Shown here piece after piece: positions 1 through 10,193 of a stretch of 32,000 nt of DNA; position 1 is the first letter of the stretch; every line of letters starts with the position of its first letter. The notes below the pieces were generated by a model. The model did no database searches, was not told the origin of the DNA, and saw nothing but the letters and a program-made list of their open reading frames with translations. The position numbers were made by a program, and so were the translations under genes. The stretch is from Acaryochloris marina MBIC11017. GTDB lineage: Bacteria; Cyanobacteriota; Cyanobacteriia; Thermosynechococcales; Thermosynechococcaceae. The stretch is from positions 870,001-902,000 of the forward strand of contig NC_009925.1 of NCBI RefSeq assembly GCF_000018105.1, read 5' to 3'.

Positions 1-182
1 AAAAAATGGAGGAATATCTCGCCTGCGGGGTCCAGTTAGGATGGCTGTTTAACCCGCAAGAGCAGCAGGTGGAAATTTATCGCCAAAGTCACTCTGCTGA
101 AGTTAGATCCTTACCCACAAACCTTTCTGGAGAAGATGTTTTACCTGGGTTCCAGTTATCTGTTGAACGGTTTGCAGACTGA
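1..182 (+). CDS. Uma2 family endonuclease (DUF820), C-terminal fragment; the 5' end lies outside the window
   Basis: The frame is open from the window edge to TGA at 180-182. The translation ..EEYLACGVQLGWLFNPQEQQVEIYRQSHSAEVRSLPTNLSGEDVLPGFQLSVERFAD fits my memory of the conserved C-terminus of cyanobacterial Uma2/DUF820 proteins (GV.LGWL..P....VEIYR ... LSGE.VLPGF.L). It is absent from the ORF track because it has no start codon. Confidence 0.6.
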   Translation, partial: KMEEYLACGVQLGWLFNPQEQQVEIYRQSHSAEVRSLPTNLSGEDVLPGFQLSVERFAD

Positions 183-406
183 AATTACAATGGTCACTTT
201 TGTTCAAAACGATTACTGTAGAAATATCCCTCACTTCATCAACGGAGGTGCACCTATGTCGGTCATTGATTTTATCTCTACAACTGATCTGGCTTGACCC
301 TTAGAGGCATTTGTTACCTTCCATAGTCCACTTGAAATATGGTGGTAGATAAGATTTTGCGCCTCTAGGTGTCTGGCTTACCCCTATAGACACTTAAGGC
401 ATTCCC

Positions 407-1471
407 ATGAATTTAGATTTACTGGGCTGGAGCGACGATCTTGCTCTCAGCTTTGCTCCGTTTGCAGCCCAACAATTCCAGGTGGGTCGAGTCATCCGTC
501 AACATAAGCAGCTTTACACCCTTTATACCGAATCAGGAGAATTTGCAGCTGAAATCAGCGGTAAGTTTCGCTATCAAGTCCAGAGCGCAGAAGATCTGCC
601 CTGCGTCGGAGACTGGGTGGTTATTGCTGCTTCAGCCCAAACTGCTACAATTCAGCATCTGTTGCCTCGGCGTACCTTATTTTCCCGTAAGGTGGCCGGA
701 GGGACGACGGAGGTTCAACTAATTGCAGCCAACCTGGATAGCGTTTTTCTGGTCTGTGGATTAGACCATGACTTTAATGTGCGGCGGATTGAGCGCTACC
801 TGGTGATGATTTGGGAGAGCGGTGCTCGACCGATCATTGTCTTAAATAAGGTCGATATTGGTGAGCAGATTGAACAGCGTCTCCTTGACTTAGAAACTAT
901 TGCCCTGGGCATTCCCATGGTTCAAATCAGTGCTTTGCATGATCAAGGGCTGGATGAATTAAGCCCTTGGCTGCAGCCGGGACAAACCGTTGCCCTAGTG
1001 GGTTCATCTGGGGTGGGGAAATCCACGTTAACCAATCAACTCATGGGGGAACCCCTCCAGGCGGTGCAAGCAGTGCGGGCAGATGATAGCCGTGGACGCC
1101 ATACCACCACCAGCCGTCAGCTGATCTGCTTACCCTCCGGGGCCATCTTAATTGATACTCCGGGATTGAGAGAACTCCAGCTGTGGACAGCGCAAACGGG
1201 GGTTTCCACTACGTTTAATGAGATTGAAGCCCTAGCAGAACACTGTCGGTTTCGAGATTGTCAACATCAGAACGAACCGGGCTGCGCCGTGCAGGCGGCT
1301 TTAGCGAGTGGTCAGCTAGAGGCTCAGCGCTTGCAAAGCTACCAAAAACTCCGTAAGGAAGAAGCCTACCTGCACCGCAAGCAAAATCACAAAGCACAGA
1401 TTAACACCAAAGCTCGCTGGAAAAAGATCACTAAATCTATGCGGCAGCGGCAGAAAGATCAATGGCAGTGA
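407..1471 (+). CDS. rsgA: Ribosome small subunit-dependent GTPase A (circularly permuted GTPase)
   Basis: 354-aa ORF with permuted G-motif order: NKVD (G4), then GSSGVGKST (G1/P-loop), then DTPG (G3). A C-terminal zinc knuckle CRFRDCQHQNEPGC follows. This order is diagnostic of RsgA/YjeQ. Confidence 0.9.
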   Translation: MNLDLLGWSDDLALSFAPFAAQQFQVGRVIRQHKQLYTLYTESGEFAAEISGKFRYQVQSAEDLPCVGDWVVIAASAQTATIQHLLPRRTLFSRKVAGGTTEVQLIAANLDSVFLVCGLDHDFNVRRIERYLVMIWESGARPIIVLNKVDIGEQIEQRLLDLETIALGIPMVQISALHDQGLDELSPWLQPGQTVALVGSSGVGKSTLTNQLMGEPLQAVQAVRADDSRGRHTTTSRQLICLPSGAILIDTPGLRELQLWTAQTGVSTTFNEIEALAEHCRFRDCQHQNEPGCAVQAALASGQLEAQRLQSYQKLRKEEAYLHRKQNHKAQINTKARWKKITKSMRQRQKDQWQ

Positions 1472-1561
1472 GATCAGGGGCAGGGGCTGTGATTGGGACT
1501 AGGATCTGGGGTGATAGTGATCATTGTTCTGTTTGTTGAAATCCCACACCCTGAAAGGTAT

Positions 1562-2551
1562 ATGCATCTAACAGGGGAGCAGCCCATGCCTCAATATCGA
1601 CAAAATTTACCCCAATTATCGAGCGACGTTTTTTTGACGGATGGAGGGCTGGAAACCACTCTGATCTTTCATGAAGGCATCGATTTACCTGACTTTGCTG
1701 CCTTCGATTTATTGAAAGATAACCAAGGTTATGAAGCCCTTTACGAGTACTTTCAAACTTATGCTCAGCTCGCTCAGACCTATGAAGTGGGCCTGATCCT
1801 AGAAAGTGCGACCTGGCGGGCTAATCCAGACTGGGGAACCAAGCTCGGGTATGATGCAGCCGAGTTGGCCGCTGTGAATCGAAATGCGATCGCACTTCTC
1901 CATACCATTCGCCAGCAATACGAAACCGAAGCTAGCCGCATGGTCATTAGTGGCTGTATCGGCCCTCGGGGAGACGGGTATCAGGTCGATACGGCCATGA
2001 CTCCTGCCGAAGCTCAGGTGTATCATCTGCCCCAAATTGAAGCGTTTAAAGAGGCCGAAGCCGATATGGTCAGTGCCGTCACCATGACCTATACCGAGGA
2101 AGCCATTGGCATTACTCGGGCGGCCCACCTAGTCGGTATGCCTGTGGTCATCTCCTTCACTGTGGAAACCGACGGCAAGCTACCGACAGGGCAGGGATTA
2201 AAAGATGCGATCGCACAAGTTGATGCGGCCACGGGCAATGGGCCAATTTATTACATGATTAACTGTGCCCATCCGTCCCATTTCGAGCAGATATTCGCAA
2301 CCAACGAACCTTGGTTAACCCGCATTCATGGACTCCGGGCCAATGCCTCCACCAAAAGTCATGCAGAACTGGATGAAGCGGTCGATTTGGATGATGGCAA
2401 TCCCCAAGAGCTGGGTCAGCAATATTTAAATTTAAGTGATGCTTTGCCCAACCTAAATGTCCTCGGTGGATGTTGTGGCACCGACCATCGGCATATTGAA
2501 GCAATCTGCAAAGCCTGTCTACCAGCGCGGTCAGCCGTCCATGCATCCTAA
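1562..2551 (+). CDS. Homocysteine S-methyltransferase family protein
   Basis: An N-terminal LTDGGLETTLIF motif and a C-terminal zinc-ligand GGCCGT motif are typical of the Pfam S-methyl_trans fold. The track ORF starts at a TTG at 1493. I prefer ATG 1562 (GAAAGG lies just upstream) or ATG 1586, so the start is uncertain. Confidence 0.8.
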   Translation: MHLTGEQPMPQYRQNLPQLSSDVFLTDGGLETTLIFHEGIDLPDFAAFDLLKDNQGYEALYEYFQTYAQLAQTYEVGLILESATWRANPDWGTKLGYDAAELAAVNRNAIALLHTIRQQYETEASRMVISGCIGPRGDGYQVDTAMTPAEAQVYHLPQIEAFKEAEADMVSAVTMTYTEEAIGITRAAHLVGMPVVISFTVETDGKLPTGQGLKDAIAQVDAATGNGPIYYMINCAHPSHFEQIFATNEPWLTRIHGLRANASTKSHAELDEAVDLDDGNPQELGQQYLNLSDALPNLNVLGGCCGTDHRHIEAICKACLPARSAVHAS

Positions 2552-2642
2552 GCCAGATCCCCTCATAGCCCCTATGGTCGTCACTGCAGACAAATTTCAA
2601 TATGGTAATCATAGACATGACCCCTTTCACTAGCGTCCGGCC

Positions 2643-3068
2643 ATGAGTACCGATCAGTCTCTTCCTCAACTCCCCTGCATTCTCCGATATAAAAGAGAGG
2701 TTGCAGTGGTCTTTATGTTGTTAGGGGGGCTGAACGTCGGTTTGGGGATGTGGCTTTTATTTTTAGGCGAGTTTCAATTCCCCCTGATCTTAGGATGTCT
2801 CATTGGTTACATTGGTTTCGGCTATTTCACCAAACCCATTGCGGCCATTCATCCGGACCACGTGGTGTTGTACAACATGTTAGGAAGAGAGGTTAGATCC
2901 TATTCCCTTGAAACCTTTAGCGATTTGCAGTTCCAGGGGCGGCAACTGTATGTTCAGCAAGGAGACGCCTTGAAGAAAGTGAGACTGTCTCCGTGGATCA
3001 TTCACGCTAAAGATTGGCAAAACCTGGAAACCATGGTGCGATCGCAACCTCAACTCCAAGCCAAATAA
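2643..3068 (+). CDS. Hypothetical small membrane protein (two predicted TM helices followed by a soluble domain)
   Basis: 141-aa ORF with two hydrophobic stretches, VAVVFMLLGGLNVGLGMWLLFL and FPLILGCLIGYIGFGYF. I recognise no family. Its 3' end overlaps the convergent leuD by 19 nt. Confidence 0.45.
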   Translation: MSTDQSLPQLPCILRYKREVAVVFMLLGGLNVGLGMWLLFLGEFQFPLILGCLIGYIGFGYFTKPIAAIHPDHVVLYNMLGREVRSYSLETFSDLQFQGRQLYVQQGDALKKVRLSPWIIHAKDWQNLETMVRSQPQLQAK

Positions 3069-3640
3069 GGGAGCCGTTCTGTCGTTGCTTCAATTTGTTT
3101 GACCTGCCCCAACAATTGACCACAGGCATCCCAGGTACCCGACAGCATCATCTGTCGAGGGCCTTCGCCCATATGGATGGGATGGGACACATCCCCCCAG
3201 GCTACAGTCATTTGGTCTAAATTAATTTGCACCGACGTCCCAGGATGCTCAGTCAGATGGGATTGCAGTTGCTGCACCACATCAGCAGCAGCCGTAACGC
3301 AGGGAATACCAATTGCCACACAATTCCCAAAAAAGATTTCGGCAAAACTCTCGCCAATAATCGCCTGAATCCCCCATTTTGAAATCGCTTGGGGGGCATG
3401 TTCCCTAGACGAGCCACAGCCGAAATTACCATTAACAACTAATACCGTTGCCCCTTGGAATTGGGGTAAATCAAACGGATGCTGGCCTCCCGTTTGCTGG
3501 CGATCATCTGCAAATACCTGTTGTCCCAGGCTGTCAAAGGTAACGCATCGCAAGAATCGGGCAGGAATAATCCGATCCGTATCGATATCGTTGCCAGTCA
3601 AGGGAATACCAGCGCCAGTATGGGAATGAATTTGGCTCAT
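3050..3640 (-). CDS. leuD: 3-isopropylmalate dehydratase small subunit
   Basis: 196-aa ORF with DTDRIIPARFL and GCGSSREHAP, the LeuD/aconitase swivel-domain signatures. No leuC is adjacent. Confidence 0.9.
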   Translation of the reverse strand: MSQIHSHTGAGIPLTGNDIDTDRIIPARFLRCVTFDSLGQQVFADDRQQTGGQHPFDLPQFQGATVLVVNGNFGCGSSREHAPQAISKWGIQAIIGESFAEIFFGNCVAIGIPCVTAAADVVQQLQSHLTEHPGTSVQINLDQMTVAWGDVSHPIHMGEGPRQMMLSGTWDACGQLLGQVKQIEATTERLPYLAWS

Positions 3641-4364
3641 GATTGGGGTAATACAGATGAGGTCGGTCTTTATTCTGACATCATTTCTACCGATGACGTC
3701 AAAGAAATCAACCGGTCAGTCTGGGGAGAGTGGGTCTTATGGTGATGGGTATTGAAGACCGGACCCATCAGAAAAAGTTGTCTACGTCAGACTTTATCCT
3801 CAAACATTGGCCCGCCAGGTGTGACAATTGAGTGTCTTAGCTAAACCTATATTTCACCAACCTCTAGGAGAAGAATAGCCCGTAAACCTTCAAGTTTTTA
3901 GATCAAAGAAGGTCTCAACTCCGCCGTTATCCGTGACATCAAGGGCGAGAGTCACCCGTAAATTGTGGATGTAGTAAATGCATATTCCTATGCATTTGTT
4001 GAGTTAGCTAAATTCTGCTCAGTCATGGATATAGCCAGCATCGTCTTTCGCACGTAGATCTTTTTCGGTCATTGAAGAGCCCTAGGGATATGAAGCTTTC
4101 AATCTCAATATTTCAACCGTATTTATAAGCATGAATTTGTTCTCGGGTTAAGAAAATGTAGGCAGAGCATGAACTTTCTTAGATTAAATTTATACTTTTG
4201 GGGGAAAATACGTATAAAACTGAAACAGTGACGAATCAAGATAAAAGCATGTGCATTTGAACAAAGTCACGATTAACCGAGAATATTCGGAGGCTACCCC
4301 ATACTAAATTTGAAAAAATATGGGGAACACTAGTTTTATGAGGCAGGGACACTAGTCTAAACAC

Positions 4365-4757
4365 ATGTTAAAAGCATTCTACAAAGCCCAGGTCTATAAG
4401 AACGTGATGGAAGAGCTGGTCGAAGAAGAAATCGACAGACAGACTCGCAACTTTAAACCTGAAACCGCCAAAGCTCTAAACCGCATTGATGTCGTATCCT
4501 ACGCTCTCAATCGGTTGCCTCCCCTTTATGCATCTAGCCAAGAAGGGGTCTACCGGCAAAAACAGCGAGGGCAACAACAATTTGGTCAACGCCTCCGGGC
4601 TGCTGTCCATCAATCCTTAAAAGTGGTCGCTCAGCAGCCTACACGGGTGACGACTCCCCTTCTTCCCCAAGAAGAAGTCGAAGCAGAGATGCATATTGCC
4701 AGAATGGCCCTAGAGGAATTGGCTGACTCCATGACGGATCTTGAGTTGGACGGTTAA
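4365..4757 (+). CDS. ComFB family protein (late competence development ComFB domain; cyclic-dinucleotide receptor family in cyanobacteria)
   Basis: 130-aa ORF. NVMEELVEEEIDRQ ... IDVVSYALNRLPPLYASSQEG matches the conserved ComFB core as I remember it (N.ME.LV.EE...Q ... AYALNRLPPLY). Confidence 0.75.
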   Translation: MLKAFYKAQVYKNVMEELVEEEIDRQTRNFKPETAKALNRIDVVSYALNRLPPLYASSQEGVYRQKQRGQQQFGQRLRAAVHQSLKVVAQQPTRVTTPLLPQEEVEAEMHIARMALEELADSMTDLELDG

Positions 4758-4890
4758 GTCTATTTCTCTCTATTCCCTTGAATTGTGGTTGCTGTTTGGT
4801 CGGGCTCCAATTCTTGCCAACTATTCGGGCTCAATCCCTTCATTATTTTATCTTGACAGATAAAAATAAGAGAACAATTTTTTACAGACT

Positions 4891-4924
4891 AAAAGGCTCA
4901 TGGCAAAATTGCCATGAGCCTTTT
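4891..4924. terminator. Rho-independent, bidirectional-looking terminator downstream of the ComFB gene
   Basis: Perfect inverted repeat AAAAGGCTCATGGCA-AAAT-TGCCATGAGCCTTTT. The GC-containing stem is flanked by an A-run and a T-run. Confidence 0.7.
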
Positions 4925-5400
4925 AAATTTATATATACTTTGCAACCACAAATAAATATTTCTAGTTAATTTTACGGTGATCCGTTAAGACCCACGCGGG
5001 GAACTATAAATAGTAACGATCTTTAGTCAGACCGTTAACCTAAGTGGAAAAATAAAGTTTGTAGAGTTGATCGCAGGGATAACTGAAAGCAGACAAAGGA
5101 TAGAGATAGTTACAAGTAACGTGACCCATAGAGAGCCAAGAGAAGAGTACGATAAGATCTTCTACTCACTCTGAATAATAAGGGAACTCTGATCATTCAA
5201 GTTGAGATTTCTTCAAGCATGAACAGAAATAACCGATTATTACTTAATGTGTCATATCCATATCTTAGTTAACGTAGATTTCTACACTTTTCTTAGCATT
5301 CTCTCCACTGAATAACTCCCACTTAATGACCTAATTTCCTCTGTATCAGTGATGCAGAGTTCACCAAACCGTTGTGTGTTGAGAAGGAAAAACAATACCC

Positions 5401-6630
5401 ATGGCAGCAACTATGAGTGGCAAAATCTCAAATAAGCTGAACGTAGCGGACTTGCTCAGCCAGCACGCTAATGCCAAAAAAGATGGTTGCTTAGTCGTTT
5501 CTAACGGCGCTATCAATTGGTTTTTTTATTTGGAAGAAAGCCAGTTAGTTTATGCAACTTACTCAGCTGACCCCTTGGACTTATTGGATAACCATTTGCG
5601 ACGACTCAGTCGCCAGGTTCCTTCCCTCAATAGCGAGGTGCGGACTCAAGTCAGAATTAACTTCAACGACGACTCTTCCGATCAAATCTGCCCGGATTAT
5701 CAAGCCATTTCTTGGTTAGTGAGAACCAACCAGCTAAAGCCTGCCGAAGCGGCAACCTTGGTAGAAGGCATTGTCATCGAAATTCTAGAATCCTACCTGT
5801 TGGTGTCCGAAGGGACCTTTAAGTTCTTACCCAAATCGGCTCACCTGCCTGTATATGCCAAGCAAACCATCCCCCCCTTAGTGCAAAAATGCCAGAAACG
5901 TTTGAATGCCTGGCAGGCTTTAGGTCCCATGGTTTGGTCGCCCCATCAGCGGCTCTACTTTGCAGAGCAAAGTCCGGGCGCTGCCAAATTATCCCCCAGC
6001 AAGGTCCAGCAGTTACAGAAGATTCTGCGAGGATTTAGCTTTCGCCATCTTGGAGTGCTGCTCAACCTCGATGAACTCCAACTGGCTCAAAACCTCAATT
6101 CTTTGATTGTAGACAAAGTGATCTTGCTGCAAGATCCACAGCCTCCCTTTAATCAGTTACCTCGATTGGCCGTCGGAGCTGTTAACAGCACTTCCCAGGC
6201 AAGCGGAGCCCAGTCCGATAGTGATGCTGCATTAGGAAGTATTGGTTCCAGCGAAATTGGCCAGAAGAGTTACACCATTGCCTGTGTGGATGATAGCCCC
6301 GCCATTCTCAACACCATCAATCGATATCTGCAAGATCAAAACGTTTCGGTCGTCATGATCAGCGATCCAGTTAAAGCCTTAATCCAAATTATGCGAGCTA
6401 AGCCGGATTTGATTTTGTTAGATGTCGGTATGCCGTGGGTGGATGGTTATGAGCTTTGTCGCCTGATCCGCAAGAATTCTCAATTCAAGAAAATTCCGGT
6501 AGTGATGGTCACAGGAAACACTGGGTTAATCGACCGAGCCAAAGCCAAAGTTGCTGGAGCTACGGACTATTTAACTAAACCATTTACCCAAGCTGATTTA
6601 CAAAAAATGGTCTTTCGCCACTTGACCTGA
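5401..6630 (+). CDS. PatA-type response regulator (N-terminal PATAN/DUF4388-like domain plus C-terminal receiver); PilG/PixG/HmpA class
   Basis: 409 aa. The C-terminal roughly 120 aa form a REC domain (VDDSPAIL ... LILLDVGMPWVDGYEL ... PVVMVTG ... KPF). The long N-terminal domain and first position in a Che-like operon are typical of cyanobacterial PatA-type regulators. Confidence 0.85.
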   Translation: MAATMSGKISNKLNVADLLSQHANAKKDGCLVVSNGAINWFFYLEESQLVYATYSADPLDLLDNHLRRLSRQVPSLNSEVRTQVRINFNDDSSDQICPDYQAISWLVRTNQLKPAEAATLVEGIVIEILESYLLVSEGTFKFLPKSAHLPVYAKQTIPPLVQKCQKRLNAWQALGPMVWSPHQRLYFAEQSPGAAKLSPSKVQQLQKILRGFSFRHLGVLLNLDELQLAQNLNSLIVDKVILLQDPQPPFNQLPRLAVGAVNSTSQASGAQSDSDAALGSIGSSEIGQKSYTIACVDDSPAILNTINRYLQDQNVSVVMISDPVKALIQIMRAKPDLILLDVGMPWVDGYELCRLIRKNSQFKKIPVVMVTGNTGLIDRAKAKVAGATDYLTKPFTQADLQKMVFRHLT

Positions 6631-6733
6631 TCGATACCTACAGATGTATTTTTCTGGGAAAGGGGCACTCTGAAGGTATCAGATAAGGCCATGTTTACGA
6701 GCTTACTTTGATTAGTTTTAGGAGCAATAACAA

Positions 6734-7093
6734 ATGAGAACTGTTTTAGTAGTGGATGACGGTCCAGCCGAACTAGAACTAATTTGTAGTTATTTACGAG
6801 AAGGCGGTTATACCGTCATCAGCACAACTGATGCGAAGGATGCCTTAGCCAAAGCAGAATCTCAAAAGCCCGATCTTGTGGTAACTGATGTGGTGATGCC
6901 CGGCATGAGTGGATTCGAGCTCTGTCGTAGCTTGAAAAAGAATGAAGCAACTCAACAATTACCCGTCGTGATTTGCACCTCTAAGAATCAAGACTTAGAC
7001 AAGCTCTGGGGTAAAAAACAAGGGGCAGATGCTTACGTTACTAAGCCCTTCACCCGCGAAGATTTGCTCCAAGCTGTTCAATCTGTTGTTTAA
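6734..7093 (+). CDS. cheY: CheY-like single-domain response regulator (PilH/PixH/HmpB class)
   Basis: 119 aa with VLVVDDGPAE, LVVTDVVMPGMSGFEL, PVVICTSK and KPF, so all canonical REC motifs are present. Confidence 0.9.
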   Translation: MRTVLVVDDGPAELELICSYLREGGYTVISTTDAKDALAKAESQKPDLVVTDVVMPGMSGFELCRSLKKNEATQQLPVVICTSKNQDLDKLWGKKQGADAYVTKPFTREDLLQAVQSVV

Positions 7094-7096
7094 GCA

Positions 7097-7591
7097 ATGA
7101 AACTGCCCACCTTAGACCTCCAAGCCTCGCCGTTACAAGAAGGATTAGGTGATCCTTATCTCAAGTTGCGGCTGAGTGATAGTGTGCCCGTTGCACTACC
7201 CATGGAGGCAGCACGCGAAGTCATTGTGGTACCTGTTGAGCAAATTTCGCCCATTCCCAATATGCCCACTTGTGTCCTGGGTCTTTTGAACCAGCGAAGT
7301 CGGGTGTTTTGGGTGGTGGACCTGTCCATCATGTTGGGTTATTCAGGTTTAATGACCAATGCCAGACAATATAACGTTGCCATTCTCCAGGTGGGTCAGG
7401 TGCCCCTAGGGTTAGCTGTACCCATTATCCAAGGTGTAACGCGGTTTCCCACAGATACCATTCAGTCCCCTATTGGTACGGTTGCCCCCAATATTGCGCC
7501 CTATTTACGGGGGTGTTTGCCAGAAGAGAAAGAAATTCTATTGGTTCTGGATCCTGACGCAATCGTGAACGCATCTGTATTGCAGCGTTAA
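7097..7591 (+). CDS. cheW: CheW-like coupling protein
   Basis: 164 aa. The pattern YLKLRL...VALPMEAAREVIVVP..ISPIPNMP..VLGLLNQRSRVFWVVDL is typical of a CheW domain. It starts 4 nt after the cheY-like stop. Confidence 0.85.
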   Translation: MKLPTLDLQASPLQEGLGDPYLKLRLSDSVPVALPMEAAREVIVVPVEQISPIPNMPTCVLGLLNQRSRVFWVVDLSIMLGYSGLMTNARQYNVAILQVGQVPLGLAVPIIQGVTRFPTDTIQSPIGTVAPNIAPYLRGCLPEEKEILLVLDPDAIVNASVLQR

Positions 7592-7771
7592 TACCACCAT
7601 GGGGAGAAGTTTTGAAACATTGGAAATTCTTTATGTCAAAACGAACTAAAACGAGTTGATCTTGGATCTCCCCCTGGAGCAAACACCACAGCAATTTTAT
7701 TTCTTCTAAGGTTCATGGAACCTTGAGTCTTCCAAACATCATTATCCGTATTCAGAGAGGCACAATTCCCC

Positions 7772-10180
7772 ATGCATATGAAAGATCATGCAGATGATAC
7801 AGCCACCAATAATGGCCATGGTGACAAAAATATTGTCCCCCTGGATCTAGAGCAAATGTCTGCTAGCTTTAACGATGCTTACCCCCCAAGTCCTGTCTCA
7901 GACGGGTCTAAAGCAGTTGCAGCTATTCAAGCCAACCCCGCCCCTAGCGCTGAACCCGTGCCGGAAGCAGCGACGGTTAAACCCCTATGGCAGCGGATGA
8001 GCCTTAAAGCGAAAGCCACCACACTTTCGGTACTCATTGGGGTTGCTCCTGTGGCTGTGGTTGGTACTGCAGCTTATTTCTTTGGTAGTCAATCGACCAC
8101 CCAACAAATTATTGAGAACAGGGAAGATTTGGCAGGTAAGATTTCAGCCAAAGTCGCAACCTACATGCGAGATCGATATGGCGATATTCAAATTATGTCC
8201 AATTTGGATATCTTCACCGATCCAGCGCTCCGTGCATCCTCATCAAAGCAGATCAAACAAGCCGCTTTGGATCGATTTATTAAAACCTACGGTGTCTATA
8301 ACAGCATTGCCTTCTTTGATATGAAAGGGGATGTGATTGCCCAGTCCTCCGGTAAAGCGCTGAGTAATCACAGCAGTCGTAGCTATTTCCAAGCAGCCGT
8401 AAAGAGCGGGAAACCCTATATTAGCCAACCGCTGTTATCTAAATCTTCTAAGATTTACTCCATTTACACCGTCAATGTCGTTCGCGATCAAAAAACAGGT
8501 AAGCCCATTGGCGTCGTTCGAGCCAGGATGCCAGTGTCCAATGTAGAAAACCTATTGACCGGGGTTGAGGGTTTTGAAAACGCCTATTTGATAGATAAAG
8601 ATGGCCAGCTTTTTGCAGGATCTAATGCAGGTAAAGAGAGAATCGCAGCAGCCAATGCAACAGGTACGCCGATTTCAGCGAATGATGAGTTCTCCTGGTA
8701 TAAAACGGTTAAAGACTCGAAACAGTCAGACCACGTGCTGACATCCGATAAGTTAGAGAGTTTTGTTCCCTTTTCAGCGATTCGCCCAGATAACCCTTAT
8801 CTAAAAGAGTTGCCTACTTTGGGTTGGAAAACCATTCTAGAAACAGACAAAGGGCAAGCTTTTAGTTCAGTGCAACAGCTTCTATGGACCATTCTCCTGG
8901 GTTCCGCCGCCACCGCTGTTGTGATTGGTGCGATTGCGGTTTTGGTTGCAGAACGAGCCACCCGTCCGATTACCGATTCTGCAGACGCGGTGGATGCGAT
9001 TGGTCAGGGAGACTTGGATGCTCGAGTGCAAGTCTCCGGCGACGATGAACTAGCCCAATTGGGTGGCAATATTAACCAAATGGCGGAGCAAATTCAGACG
9101 CTGATTTTGGAGCAAGAATATGCCGCTCAGCAGGAACTAGACCGGCAGACTGAAACCGCAGAACAACAGCGGAAACAGAACGAGCAATTGCAATCTGATT
9201 TGCTGACCCTGCTAACCGACGTTGAAGCCGCTTCTGATGGAGACCTAACCGTCCGAGCCAACGTGGACGCCAGCGAAATCGGAATTGTGGGTGACTTCTT
9301 TAACTCCATTATTGAAAACTTGAGAGACATTGTAGCCCAGGTACAGGTTGCTGCGACCCAGGTGAACGAGTCGGTGTCGACCAGCAGTTCTTCCATTGTG
9401 GACCTGGCTGACGATGCGAGTTCCCAGGCCGAGCAGGTGGAACAATCTCTACAATTCGTGGAAGACTTGACCCAAGCCGCCCAAGAAGTTGCAGATAACG
9501 CTCAGCAGGCTGCCGAAATTGCCAAAACAGCATCTGAAACGGCGGTGAATGGTGGAGCCACCATGGATCTAACAGTGGCCAGTATTGACCAGCTGCGTGA
9601 AACCGTTGCTGAAACGGCGAAGAAGGTGAAACGATTGGGTGAATCGTCTCAGCAGATTTCTAAAGCGGTTTCTTTGATTAACCAAATTGCGTTGCAGACC
9701 AACTTGCTGGCGATTAACGCCAGTATTGAGGCAGCTCGAGCTGGAGAAGAAGGTCGAGGCTTCGCGGTGGTTGCGGAAGAAGTGGGTGCCCTAGCGTCTC
9801 AGTCAGCAACAGCCACCAAGGAAATTGAGCAGATTGTGGAGACCATTCAGCTAGAAACTGCTGAGGTGGTCAACGCGATGGAAGTGGGTACAACCCAGGT
9901 GGTCGAAGGTACGCGCATGGTTCAAGATACCAAACAAAGCCTGGGCCAGATTGTGTCTGTGTCCCAACAGATTGCAGACCTGGTGCAAACCATTTCGGGT
10001 TCTACTGCATCCCAGACGGCGAAAGCCCAGATGCTGTCTAAGCTGGTTCAAAACGTGGCGAAGGTGTCTGAGAACACCTCCGATTCTTCTCGCCAAGTGG
10101 CCGGATCACTGCAAGAAACGGTGGAAATTGCCAAGCAGCTTCAAGCTTCCGTGAGTACCTTCAAAATTAGCGAAGCCTAA
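7772..10180 (+). CDS. Methyl-accepting chemotaxis protein with periplasmic Cache-like sensor, HAMP and MA signalling domain (PilJ/TaxD/HmpD class)
   Basis: 802 aa. Two TM helices (about aa 83-104 and 378-402) bracket a roughly 270-aa domain carrying the Cache-type motif [30 protein letters not shown]. The HAMP segment contains [21 protein letters not shown]. The hairpin tip is highly conserved: [36 protein letters not shown]. No GAF or phytochrome domains are seen. Confidence 0.9.
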   Translation: MHMKDHADDTATNNGHGDKNIVPLDLEQMSASFNDAYPPSPVSDGSKAVAAIQANPAPSAEPVPEAATVKPLWQRMSLKAKATTLSVLIGVAPVAVVGTAAYFFGSQSTTQQIIENREDLAGKISAKVATYMRDRYGDIQIMSNLDIFTDPALRASSSKQIKQAALDRFIKTYGVYNSIAFFDMKGDVIAQSSGKALSNHSSRSYFQAAVKSGKPYISQPLLSKSSKIYSIYTVNVVRDQKTGKPIGVVRARMPVSNVENLLTGVEGFENAYLIDKDGQLFAGSNAGKERIAAANATGTPISANDEFSWYKTVKDSKQSDHVLTSDKLESFVPFSAIRPDNPYLKELPTLGWKTILETDKGQAFSSVQQLLWTILLGSAATAVVIGAIAVLVAERATRPITDSADAVDAIGQGDLDARVQVSGDDELAQLGGNINQMAEQIQTLILEQEYAAQQELDRQTETAEQQRKQNEQLQSDLLTLLTDVEAASDGDLTVRANVDASEIGIVGDFFNSIIENLRDIVAQVQVAATQVNESVSTSSSSIVDLADDASSQAEQVEQSLQFVEDLTQAAQEVADNAQQAAEIAKTASETAVNGGATMDLTVASIDQLRETVAETAKKVKRLGESSQQISKAVSLINQIALQTNLLAINASIEAARAGEEGRGFAVVAEEVGALASQSATATKEIEQIVETIQLETAEVVNAMEVGTTQVVEGTRMVQDTKQSLGQIVSVSQQIADLVQTISGSTASQTAKAQMLSKLVQNVAKVSENTSDSSRQVAGSLQETVEIAKQLQASVSTFKISEA

Positions 10181-10193
10181 TTAGACGACCGAT

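Noticed and set aside
1-182. The Uma2 fragment as a sign of a mobile element or defence island at the left edge
   Set aside because: Uma2/DUF820 genes are abundant stand-alone genes in cyanobacteria. No flanking repeats, integrase or transposase are visible in the available sequence.
230-300. 12-codon mini-ORF (ATGTCGGTCATTGATTTTATCTCTACAACTGATCTGGCTTGA) with a GGAGG upstream, in the region 5' of rsgA
   Set aside because: It is too short to evaluate and has no regulatory codon pattern or associated attenuator structure that I could see.
1493-1561. N-terminal extension of the homocysteine methyltransferase ORF (MGLGSGVIVIIVLFVEIPHPERY)
   Set aside because: It starts at a non-ATG codon and adds a hydrophobic peptide foreign to this cytosolic family. 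ATG 1562 has a purine-rich stretch upstream.
3050-3640. An orphan leuD without an adjacent leuC as an anomaly
   Set aside because: As far as I remember, leuC and leuD are also unlinked in other cyanobacteria such as Synechocystis, so this is probably normal.
4778-4969. 63-aa ORF downstream of the ComFB gene
   Set aside because: It contains the strong terminator hairpin at 4891-4924, is AT-rich and shows no motif. It is most likely non-coding.
7772-10180. Calling the MCP a PixJ-type phototaxis photoreceptor
   Set aside because: No GAF/cyanobacteriochrome Cys-containing motif is present. The sensor region is periplasmic and Cache-like, so only the generic PilJ/TaxD/HmpD class can be claimed. 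I cannot separate tax2-like from tax3-like by eye.
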